Source of the DNA: Hormiphora californensis
Taxonomy: Eukaryota; Animalia; Ctenophora
Direction of reading: 5' to 3'
Length of the DNA: 64,000 bases
NCBI GenBank assembly: GCA_020137815.1
Contig: CM035354.1
Coordinates: forward strand, 2,542,001-2,606,000
Shown: positions 39,133-50,326 of the stretch, in pieces
Position numbering within the stretch: the first letter of the stretch is position 1
Layout: every line of letters begins with the position of its first letter
Notes under the pieces: generated by a model
Told to the model about the DNA's origin: nothing
Seen by the model: the letters and a program-made list of their open reading frames with translations, nothing else
The model's database searches: none
Made by a program: the position numbers and the translations under genes

Positions 39133-42100
39133 TCATCTTTCAACGGCAGCATCTTTGCCTTTCTGGAGCACACTCCGGCATAGCTTCACCTCTTCCTCTC
39201 TCTGGTCTTTGGAGCCTGAAAAGGAGTTGTTGTTACTGTTAGGGAAAGTGTGTTGTACTACAAATTGTTCTAAATTGTAGCAATTCAAATTGTAGCAATT
39301 CAAGTAGAAGTTTTGAATACTGATAGGGTAAACTGGGGTAAAATGGTCCATTTTTTAACCTTTTAGGTTCTAAAACAAGCAATTTAATAAATTTATACAG
39401 CAGGAAGAAAAAAATATATAGGCTATCCAATGAAACGATTTCCTTTTAAAGCAAAAATTCGGAACAGAACGAGCAGGTGTCCGCTGGAGAAAAAAGTCAC
39501 GTGACACACGTTATTCTATGAACCGTTTTGCCCCATACATGTGCCACTTTGCCCCGTGGACCGTTTTACCCCAGTTTACCCTATGTAGTGTAGTATGTCG
39601 AGGAGGTGGGGGATAGAGGTTGGGGGAAATTTACCCGTCCGGTAAATCGAGGGTACGGTAAACCGTTGGGCCCGGTAAATCGGGGTGCCCGGTAAATCGG
39701 GGTGCCCGGTATATCGGGGTGCCCGGTATATCGGGGTCAAATAGCGTTAATTTCCTGTATCAGGGGAAGTTTATCCTCCCGGTAAATCGGGGTTCCGGTA
39801 AATCGAGGGTACGGTAAACTGAGGGGCGGGTTTGAGTTGTTGTGTAAGGGGTGGGGCTTCTCCACCCCTTACTAAACAAGGTTTAAGCGTACCTAATTTT
39901 CTGAGCAGTTCCGAGAGGATTTCCTCCGCATTTCCAGGAAATGTCCTTTCCGGGAACTGCCCCGCTATGAGATCTATAATACGGAGTGTGTGAACCAGAC
40001 TGGTATCCTCGGGGAGTTCGGCTTCCGTTTCAAGTCTGTTAAACAGTTGGCCGTGAAGGTTCTCTTTGTGGAATCTTTCACATTGGCCACTTGGGTCCTC
40101 CAAACAGATACTCGAAATGAAGAACAGTGCCTGGAAAACGGAGAAATGGGGTGAGCGAGAGAGAGAGAGAGGTACAGTGTCTGGAGATTGAGAGAAATGA
40201 GATGAGCGAGAGGGGCACATTGGTACAGTGTCTGACGAATAGGGAAATGAGATGAGCGAGAGGGGGGTACATTGGTACAGCTTGCCTGAAGTGAGGAGAA
40301 ATGGGATGACAATAATAACGGTACCTTACATCGTAGTTTCTTGTCCTTTGAAAGGGCACAATTGAGTGGTGCTGTGTACCCATCCAACTCAGTAAACTTA
40401 GCCAGAGCATTAGCGTTACCTCGAACCAAACCTGTCCGAATTAGAAGTTTAGAACCAGGAACCGACCGAATCAGGAAATACTGGTCCCTGATTGGCTGAT
40501 AACCAGTCACGTGACCTAAATAACGTGTTCTGATTGGTTGTTTATTTGTTTCGGTCGGTTCCTGTTTAGAACCCACTGTCACGCTTCCTGGGTTTGAGAA
40601 TCAAAACGGGGTTAATCAGAATCAAATCACACGGGCAGTTTAGGACTACATGGTCAATAGTTTGGAACTACATTCCTGGGTGGCAAGTCCCAGCTTTCAC
40701 AAAAACGGTGTCGTTCCCCTCGTGAGAATTTTACTTACAAGAAATGGCGAGTAGGGCTTTAGTTTGTACGGAGAGAGGTTTCCCCGGCTCTGTCATCTTC
40801 AGAAGATCTCCCAGGATAAATGTCTCAGTAGCAAAGTTAGCTACCTTTTCATTGTTCTGTACAGCAGCTGCTATAACTTCACATGCTAACCCCTGGAGCT
40901 CACTGAGGGGGAGAGATAGAGAGGGAGGGAAGGGGAGGGAGGGATAGAGAGGGAGGGAGGGAGAGGGAGGGAGAAACTAGAGATATAGATAGATAAAGGG
41001 GAGACAATGAGAGGTCGAGGGAAGTAGGAATCTAAAGCAAGATAGCAATAAACTAAACTTCGACTAACTCCAATTAACTTTGAATCAAGGTAATGTGCTA
41101 TTGTTAACTTACGGGTCGGGGTTCTTGATGTACGCAGAACAAACGTGAAGTCCTCCCATTAGGTACAAATCTGAAGAAATGGTGCAGTGATATATCTTTC
41201 AGTGCAGATCAGCCATCTTTCATTCCTACCATATCCCTCTCGACTCTTGCTTTTCTCGACCAACTGTTTGGCATTCACCTTCCCTCTTTATCCCAAACTC
41301 ATCTTATTCCAGTCTCACTAACCCCCAGTTGTCATGGCAACTCCCCCCAGTTACCATGGCTACCCAACTCACCTCCAGTTACCAGGACTACCCAACTCCC
41401 CCAGTTACCATGACTACCCAACTCCCCCAGTTACCATGACTACCCAACTCCCCCAGTTACCATAACTACCCAACTCCCCCCAGTTACCAGGACTACCCAA
41501 CTCCCCCAGTTACCATGACTACCCAACTCCCCCCAGTTACCATAACTACCCAGCTCCCCCCAGTTACCATGACTACCCAACTCACCCAGTTGCCATAACA
41601 ACTCACCATTAGCCTCGTCCATATCTTCAGCGGAGTAGGCAAGTTCCTCCAGTGCTTCAACACATTCCTCCCTGCCACTATCCTCCTTTCTTAGCAGCTC
41701 AATCCTTTCACTCATTTCTTTGGCAGGGTTCCTTCCCTCCATCTCTCCTATCACGTTGTTGAGGAACTCCTGCCGCTGTGTGGGAGTTGTTATGGTAACT
41801 GGGGGCCGGGGGGGGGGGGGGGGAGTTGTTATGGTAACTGGGGGGGGGGGGTTGTTATGGTAACTGGGGGGGGGGGGGGGTGTCATGGTAACTGGATGGA
41901 GTTGGGTAGTCATGGTAACTGGATGGAGTTGGGTAGTCATGGTAACTGGATGGAGTTGGGTAGTCATGGTACATAGTTCACTCTTTCATAGTGGAGTTCA
42001 CTCTCATAGTGAAGTGGTCTCTCGTTAGTTAAAATACGACCACTCACGTGGATTACTATAACGACTTCTCTATCTAGAGAGGGGACTATCGCAGGTAACT

Positions 42101-45100
42101 AAAAACTTAGTTTTGTCATTGACTGCATCAGGTGTTACCCAGAGGGAGTCCTTTACTTTCTTCTTTACTTTCTTCTTTACTAAAGAATAGCTGCTGGCGA
42201 ACTAAAGACTTTAGTCCGAGCATCATGAAACTACTAGAGAACTAGAGATCTGTAGAACATTCTATCAGCACGAGCCAATCACAGGCCAGCATTTCTAATT
42301 CCTGGCCTCTGACTGGCTCGTTGAGGACTATGAGTTATAGTTGCGGTGTGGCCTATATAATAAGTGCCCACTGCACCTCAACTGTACCACAACCATGATC
42401 TTTCTAGTTCTACTCATCGCTCTAAGCACAGGGTATGAGGCATCATCCTGGCCGTGTCCCGCGGGGTCATATTGCCCCACTTTCAGACTCAGTGAGAGAG
42501 TGCAATCCTAGATACTATTGCCCCGCTAATTCCACCCGTCAAGTCGTCTGTCCTGCTGGTAGCTTCTGCCCCGATCCTTCTGAGAAATATATCTGTCCAG
42601 CAGGTAACAGTGCTGCTTGTAGTCGTATTACAATGTGTAACAATGTCGCAATTTTAGTGGAGAAACGGTATCCGAACACCGTGCGCAGACGTACACTTTA
42701 CTTAGCGCACGAGTAATAAATCTAGCTGAAAAAGTGTGCTTTATTACCCGCACACTACGTAAACGGTGCGTCTGCGCACGGTGTTTCAATACCGTTTCTA
42801 GTTATTAAGCGGCTGTGTAGTTTCTTTAGAGAAAATTTTCTCATTTTCGAAAATGAGTTGAAAGTTGAGTACATAAACATTCTATCTAAATGGTTTTTTG
42901 GTTTTATAGCTCAGTTGTAGTTCTATTTGAGTATTTGAGGAAGCTACTCTTTCCAAGTGGCTACATGTTTCTGAACCACCAGGAACCGACCGAATCAGGA
43001 AATACTGGTCCCTGATTGGCTGATAACCAGTCACGTGACCTAAATAACGAGTTCTGATTGGTTGTTTACTTGGTTCCTGTGAACCACATTGTATTGTGTT
43101 CCAGGAAGCTACTGCAGCTACGGCTCAATAGAACCGAGGAACTGCACTTATGGTGGCCATTATTGTCCAGAGGGAGCTAAACACCCGACCTCCTGTCAGG
43201 CAGGCTTCTACTGTCCCACACCAGCTGAACGAATAGTTTGCCCCCAAGGTAACTAAACTGGAGGGACTTGATCAATGTCAGGAAATTAGGACATGTGGCA
43301 ATTTGTATAGCTGCTTTTCTCCCCGCAGTGCATTTTAGTAGGGGCATCACCTGACATTAGTTTTATCCAGGAACCGACCGAACCAGGAAATACTGGTCCC
43401 TGATTGGCTGATAACCAGTCACGTGACCTAAATAACGAGTTCTGATTGGCTGTTTACTTGTTTCGGTCGGTTCCTGTTTATCAGATATCCACAGCAGGTA
43501 ACAGTGCCGCTTGTAGTGCGGAGATACCATATTTGAAATACAGTAATGAGACACAAATGCGCGAGTGCTTATGTCAGTACGTCATAGCACGTTGATTGGC
43601 CACGCTTGCGCGTCTTCTTACCGTAATTCAGACCAAAACAGTTTTTCAGTACCGTTTTCCCACTATGTATATCTTAAAGCACAGCTGCAGTAGTAAGGTA
43701 CATTTGAGGGACCTGGTTCCATAATGGTATATCTGCAGAAAGTGCATTTTGAGATAATCGCAAAAAACTGTTTTTTAAACTTCAAGCAGTTGCACTCCAT
43801 TAAATATACAATCTTACCCCGTCAACCCTATGCATTTTAGAAACCTCAAGCAATTATCCTCAACTTCTAGTAAAAAGTAACAGATTCCAACAAAACAGCA
43901 AAAATTCTCGGCCCGTAGAAAAAGTTTAGTCTCAGATATACCAACCTCCTATTATTATAAGTGGTATATCTGCAGATATACCATTATTGTTTTAGATAAG
44001 TGGTACATATGCAGATATACCACCGTTTATAAAAAATATTGGCTGGTATATCTGCAGATGTACCTAGTTTTATATTTTTTTGAAGGTGCATTTTTGCAGA
44101 TATACCAAAATTTCTATTTCTAATTGGTACATCTGCAGATATACCATACATGGTAACTGTCTAAGGGTGGTACATCTGCAGATATACCCCCAAAGCATCG
44201 GTATATCTGCAGATATACCCCAAAGCATCTTTGTACTATCTTAAGATATCCCAAGGAGGCCAAAAAACTGCAAAAGTGGTGGTATAAGTTAAGATGTACC
44301 AAAGTTTTTTTTTGTGTTCCCGAGGTCAGATCTTCACCAAAATTGGTCAGGAGGTACATTAGACCATCCCAAACATGCTCCCACTGTTATCTCCATTTTG
44401 GTATATCTGCACTTATACCATTATGGAACCAGGTCCCTCATTTGTGTTATGTAGGCCACCTTATATATAGCTCGAACTAGCTTCTCATAAAATCCCCCTC
44501 TCTTCGCTCGCGGGACTACCGTGTGACGTGAGCTAATGATTATTGATTGGTACCATTGGTACCTATTCTCGCTCCGCTCGGTCGATCTCAGTCGCGCGCG
44601 ACGTCGATCTCGCATACTTCATGTCCATGTCACCAAAGCTAATGAAAGGAAGCTGGATTTCTAATTAATATTCCCACTGCAGGTACATATTGTAATACTG
44701 CCCGTACAGAACCAACAAACTGCACCGCTGGCCACTACTGCCCAGAGGGGTCAACAAGGCAAAACCGCTGTACTTCAGGATTTTACTGTCCTACCCCCTC
44801 TGAACAAATCGTGTGTCCTGCAGGTAATATATAAGGGATGATACTTATAATTGTGTCTTGCAGTGCAGGGCACCCATAGCTCCTCATAATATCCCCCTCG
44901 CTTCGCTCGGGAACTTCCGAGGATCAGAGCTAGAGCTATACAAGATGAATAGAGTTTGAAACTCGAATTAGTATACTATTTATTTCTTGCACTACTAGAA
45001 TTATATTTCCCTTTACATATGATATCAACCTTTCAGGGTTCTACTGCCAATACAGCTCCACAAAGCCCCGTGAATGTCCCTCCAACATAGGGCGGTACTA

Positions 45101-45858
45101 CTGCCCAGAAGGCTCTGAAAGGGTCACCTATTGCCCAGATGGGATGATGTGCAACACAACATCCGACGCTATACCCTGCCCAGCCGGGTACTATTGTCGC
45201 TATGGCAGAGCGACCCAGTGCCCTGTGAGGTATTACTGCAAGGAAGGGTCAGCGAGACCTACCGTCTGTCCCCGTGGAACCACTACCACTGAGAAGGGGT
45301 CCGTGGAGTGTGTTGAGCAGGACTAAACTGGAAGATTTGGAGGATTTGGAATGAAGATTTGGAATGAATTGAAGAATAGCTTAGATTGCAAACAAAATGT
45401 GATTTTGTAGTGAGATTTACAGTTTTACAGATTTAATTGATTAAAAATAAAAAGAATGTTTTGAATTTCTCGGCTCCCTGGACAGGACTTTTTTCCCCCA
45501 ATATAGGAAATTAACCTTATTTGACCCCGATTTAGTGGACACCCCGATTTAGTGGACAAGAGCCTTTCCCCCGAGGGTGTCCCTCAATCGGTGTCCGACT
45601 GTAACTGGAGATGAGTTGGGTAGTCATAGTAATTGGAGGGAGTTGGGTAGTCATAGTAATTGGAGGGAGTTGGGTAGTCATGGTAACTAGGGGGAGTTGG
45701 GTATTCACTATTCATGAAGTATGAGAGCTAGAGACACCTACTTCCTTGTCGATTGGTTGGAGGACTTCGTTCTGCCTGTGTTCCTCCTGATACCGGAGAG
45801 ACCACTGGAGAATAGCATTCCAATTGGGATGATTCAGCAGGTTGTTCTCCCCTGACAT
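39133..45858 (-). CDS. HSPBP1: Hsp70 nucleotide exchange factor HSPBP1/Fes1; exons 45742-45858, 41607-41775, 41113-41170, 40739-40902, ~40325-40431, ~39893-40130, ~39133-39215
   Basis: NWNAILQWSL...PIDKE|RQEFL; ALEEL..SAEDMDEAN|DLYLMGGL; CEVIAAAVQNNEKV; KALLAIS|CLVRGN. Confidence 0.88.
39323..39584. mobile_element. MITE in last HSPBP1 intron
   Basis: TIR atagggtaaactggggtaaaatggtcca / tggaccgttttaccccagtttaccctat. Confidence 0.8.
39630..39820. mobile_element. pogo/Tigger-like MITE remnant with ccggtaaatcgggg subterminal repeats; relatives at 45480-45601 and 54562-54667
   Basis: Shared aaatcggggtcaaata..gttaatttcct core; relatives end in CAGTC. Confidence 0.65.
40456..40564 (+). mobile_element. 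109-bp hAT-type MITE, copy 2
   Basis: Same TIR; TSD tttagaac. Confidence 0.92.
41320..41971. repeat. ~26-bp X-box-like minisatellite in opposite orientations on the two sides of HSPBP1 exon 2
   Basis: cccagttaccatgactacccaactcc (41320-41600) vs ggagttgggtagtcatggtaactgg (41780-41971). Confidence 0.9.
42272..42362 (+). promoter_or_regulatory. Candidate CCAAT + TATA promoter of the nested Cys-rich gene
   Basis: agccaatca at ~42273 and tatataat at 42354, ~40 nt before the ATG. Confidence 0.45.
42395..45326 (+). CDS. Secreted Cys-rich protein built of CPAGxYCP repeats (GCC2/GCC3, ephrin-receptor-like), nested antisense in HSPBP1 intron 1; exons 42395-42603, 43105-43248, 44683-44823, 45037-45326
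   Basis: MIFLVLLIALSTG signal; CPAGSYCP, CPAGSFCP, GGHYCPEG, GFYCPTP; phase-1 introns; AATAAA at 45446; one extra base near 42482. Confidence 0.85.
42661..42799. mobile_element. Palindromic MITE
   Basis: agaaacggtat..acaccgtgcgcagacg / cgtctgcgcacggtgt..ataccgtttct. Confidence 0.7.
42980..43079 (+). mobile_element. hAT-type MITE, copy 3 (9-bp deletion)
   Basis: TSD tgaaccac. Confidence 0.9.
43368..43476 (+). mobile_element. hAT-type MITE, copy 4
   Basis: Full TIRs; only 6-bp flank match tttatc. Confidence 0.9.
43706..44439. mobile_element. Non-autonomous DNA transposon, Sola-like
   Basis: TIR gagggacctggttccataatggtata; 4-bp TSD attt; many internal ggtatatctgcagatatacc palindromes. Confidence 0.75.
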
Positions 45859-45862
45859 GATG

Positions 45863-47250
45863 CTATTGGGAGATGTGGTTAGGGATGAGGTTATAGGCAG
45901 GAGTGGAGGTTAGGGACGAGGCTAGCTGTTGGGAGATGTGGTTAGGGACGATGCTAGCTATTGAGAGATGTGGTTAGGGACGGGGTTATAGGCAGGAGAT
46001 GTGGTTAGGGACGAGGCTAGCTATTGGGAGATGTGGTTAGGGACGATGCTAGCTATTGGGAGATGTGGTTAGGGACGAAGCTAGCTATTGTGATATGTGG
46101 TTAGGGACGAAGCTATCTATTGGGAGATGTGGTTAGGGACGAAGCTAGCTATTGTGATATGTGGTTAGGGACGAAGCTATCTATTGGGAGATGTGGTTAG
46201 GGACGAAGCTAGCTATTGGGAGATGTGGTTAGGGACGAAGCTAGCTATTGGGAGATGTGGTTAGGGACGATGCTAGCTATTGGGAGATGTGGTTAGGGAC
46301 GATGCTAGCTGTTGGGAGATGTGGTTAGGGACGATGCTAGCTATTGGGAGATGTGGTTAGGGACGATGCTAGCTATTGGGAGATGTGGTTAGGGACGAAG
46401 CTAGCTGTTGGGAGATGTGGTTAGGGATGAGGTTATAGGCAGGAGATGTGGTTAGGGACGATGCTAGCTATTGGGAGATGTGGTTAGGGACGATGCTAGC
46501 TGTTGGGAGATGTGGTTAGGGACGATGCTAGCTATTGGGAGATGTGGTTAGGGACGAAGCTAGCTGTTGGGAGATGTGGTTAGGGACGATATTAGCTATT
46601 GGGGGATGTGGTTAGGGGCGATTCTAGCTATTGGGAGATGTGGTTATGGACGATATTAGCTATTGGGAGATGTGGTTAGGGACGAAGCTAGCTATTGGGA
46701 GATGTGGTTAGGGACGATATTAGCTATTGGGGGATGTGGTTAGGGGCGATTCTAGCTATTGGGAGATCTGGTTAGGGACGAAGCTAGCTATTGGGAGATG
46801 TGGTTAGGGACGAAGGCACGAAGCTAGCTATTGGGAGATGTGGTTAGGGACGAGGCTAGCTATTGGGAGATGTGGTTAGGGACGACGTTAGCTATTGTGA
46901 TATGTGGTTAGGGACGACGTTAGCTATTGTGATATGTGGTTAGGGACGACGTTAGCTATTGTGATATGTGGTTAGGGACGAGACTAGCTATTGGGAGATG
47001 TGGTTAGGGACGAGGCTAGCTATATTGGGAGATGTGGTTAGGGACGAAGCTAGCTGTTGGGAGATGTGGTTAGGGACGATATTAGCTATTGGGTGATGTG
47101 GTTAGGGACGAGACTAGCTATTGGGAGATGTGGTTAGGGACGAGGTTAGCTATTGTGATATGTGGTTAGGGACGAAGGCACGAAGCTAGCTATTGGGAGA
47201 TGTGGTTAGGGACGAGGTTGGCTATTGGAGAGTATTGTGAGGGATGAGGT
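45863..47250 (-). repeat. 32-bp tandem array (~43 copies) of the splice acceptor preceding the HSPBP1 ATG
   Basis: Sense unit TTCGTCCCTAACCACATCTCCCAATAGCTAGC; last copy reads ...CCCAATAG|catcATG. Confidence 0.92.
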
Positions 47251-47466
47251 TAGGGGGATAGCCACCATTGTCGAACAAGGCGAGGAGGCCGTTCTTTTGT
47301 GACAAACATGGGATGGTTTGTTGAGTTTGGTGACAACTTCAAAAAATCCGACTTTACCCTGATACAAACAATGGGCAAGTGTAACAGAATAAAAAGAAGG
47401 ATATCGGATTTTCTCAAATAGCATATTGGATCAGTAAAACTTGTTAAAAATAAAGGCTGTGATAAT

Positions 47467-48696
47467 TTAAAAAGCAAGCTTCTTTAGCAACAAATACACG
47501 TTCTGGCCCGTCTCCATTCCATGTAAATTGTTAGCCGCGCCCTTTAACCTCATCAGAAGTCCCCCGTACGAAATATACGCAGATAAAATAGCGTTAGAGT
47601 CCCCAAAATCATCTCCTTCAATCCTGTACACACGTCCAAACATGACATACTCAAATGTGTCAGCTCGAGTACCCTCCAGGTTGGAGGTATAACTTCCATC
47701 GTCGGGGGCCCCATCCTCGTGGAGAGTGGTGGCGAGCATCAGACGGAACTTGTCTCTCAGTATCACTGGATACACCTGACAGGGGGAGGGGGGGTTGTCA
47801 TGGTAACTGGGGGGGGGGTTGTCATGGTAACTGTGGGGGGGGGGTTTGTCATGGAAACTGTCTCTCAGTATCACTGGGTACACCTGACAGGGGGGGGGGG
47901 GTTGTCATGGTAAGTGGGGGGGGGGGGTTGTCATGGTAACTGGGGGGGGGGGGGTTGTCATGGTAATTGAGGGGAGTTGGGTAGTCATGTTAACTGTCTC
48001 TCAGTATCACTGGGTACACCTGATAGGGGAGGGGGGTTGTCATGGTAACGGGGGGGAGGGGTTGTCATGGTAACTGGGGGGGGGGTTGTCATGGTAACTG
48101 TCTCTCAGTATCACTGGGTACACTTGACAGGGGGGGGGGGTTGCCATGGTAACTGGGGGGGGGGGGGGGGGGTTGTCATGGTAACTGGGGGGGGGGGGTT
48201 GTCATGGTAACTGTCTCTCAGTATCACTGGGTACACTTGACAGGGGGGGTAAGGGGGGGGGGGCTAAGGGGTGGGGGACAACAAAGCAGGGGAAAGGGTG
48301 CGTGTTCGGTACCTCACGTCATTCAGGGGCCGGGCAGGGTGGTTTTGGGTTGGATCAATACTCTCATGGGGGGGGGGGGTGACACGTAACACTTTGTAAC
48401 ATGTAACGCGCACAAAAAGTTTTCTGCACATGTTACTATTGTGCACATGTTACAAAGTGTTACAAAGTGTGACTAAATACCACGTCCTAACTCCTACCCA
48501 ACCTACCAGCAGGTTCTACATACAAGTTCTACTCCACAAACACACAGACAACATATACCTGGGTGTTCACATCGAGAATTAGATCCATCTTGAAGGACTC
48601 ACTCTCACAAAATAACCGGGACACTCTGTCAAAATGCTTGCCATTAGGGTCCACATCTTTCACATCGAAAATATCTTCAAACAGAACTCCCGCCAT
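47467..48696 (-). CDS. POLR2H: RNA polymerase I/II/III subunit RPB8; exons 48559-48696 and 47467-47775, 148 aa
   Basis: [46 protein letters not shown]|VYP...[15 protein letters not shown]...[11 protein letters not shown]. Confidence 0.97.
47776..48250 (-). repeat. X-box-like/poly-G minisatellite with four extra copies of the POLR2H exon 2 acceptor and first ~23 exon bases
   Basis: tctctcagtatcactgggtacacc/ttgacag at ~47860, 47995, 48100, 48212, separated by ggttgtcatggtaactgggg units. Confidence 0.9.
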
Positions 48697-49263
48697 TTCA
48701 CTACACCCTATTATACCATTGAGGAAATGTGTTAGAGATAATAGGGGAATTGTGTTTGAAAATTAAATAATTTCCCGGCTTCGTTTCCATGTGCTCGTCA
48801 TTTGAAAACTGAAAAAGTTTGATGTAATTTATCTGAATTCTGTTAATTCTATTCTCAATTCGCTTACATTTTACAGCCTATTAATTGAAGACCACTGACA
48901 TCGATTAAATATATGCACCGGGTTCGATAATCCCCCATTTAATGGGGGGCCGGGGTTCAATCGGGGGCCCGCGGCGTTCAATCATCAGCCTCTTTACGAA
49001 CAGGTGTGCTGGAGTTATAATAGCATTGGTAAATAGTACACAGAAATCCAGGTAGTTAAGTACTGGAATTTCTAGAGTTATTGTAAACCGTAGCACGCTC
49101 TTTGTTGTTGGTCTGGAGCGGCGCTCTTTATTTGGAAATTAGGAGCATTGAAACAAGTGTGCTGACCATGCTTCATCAACTTTGCACCTCTCGTCTTTCA
49201 GTCCCCGCTCCTCTCTCACTCTCACTCTCTCACTCTCACTCTCTCACTCTCTCACTCTCACTC

Positions 49264-49332
<69 letters not shown>

Positions 49333-49581
49333 CTTGTCTCGTTTTGATACTTGTTGTAGTTTTTGTTACAAATTCAAGTACGTACCTGTGAACAAACCCC
49401 AACAGCCAAATTGGGGGTCAATCGATGTTGGTGTGGGGGGGGGGGGGTGGGGTTCATTGTTAGTGGGGCTCATTATGTTAGTTAGTATTGTATCATCACG
49501 CTTCCCTCCCACTACCACCTGTTCCAGACCCCCCTACCCGAGACAAACACCGGCTCACAATCACAGCTTTCTCTATCTCTT

Positions 49582-49635
<54 letters not shown>

Positions 49636-50326
49636 ATTTTATCCCTTGTCTCTCTCTTTCTCACTGTCTCTCTCTTTTTTTCTCTCCCTATCTCTATAGA
49701 GAGGTGTATCATATGTGTGAAACGAGCTATCGCCTCCCTCTCTATCGTTTTTTGTATCACTAGCAGTCGATTCTTTTCTTATTCAGCCGATTCTAGTAGC
49801 TCGTTCTAGTAGCCACCTGGCCCAGCGATGGAGTGAGGTCTCGTACTGATGATATGTTGCGGGCAGGTTCTAATAGCAAACATAATGAGCTTTTGTCGTG
49901 TCATGCATCACATCTTTTGAATATGTTCCATGCCGACTCATTGCATATTATATGGTACATATATTTGGGGGGCCCGGGGACGAAATCGTTGAGCCAGTAG
50001 ATTTTTTGATTCAAAGAGATGGGGCACTGTTTCATGTTGCCATTTAAAAATGCTGCCCATCCCTTACACCTGTTACAATATTAGTTCAATCTGTTGTTGA
50101 AGCGATTATTTTCCACACCTTTAGACCAGCACACTCTCTCTCTCACTCTCTCTCTCACACTCTCTTGTGCAGGCTAATGACTTGTTAACAAAAACCACAT
50201 GCGGCGATAGTCTCGCTTTTCAATTGTAGATCTTTCTGCTCCGCATCTATTTCTGGATGTAAAAACGATATTTCTGGATGTAAAAACGATATTTCTGGAT
50301 GTAAAAACGTTATTTATCAGTAGCGA

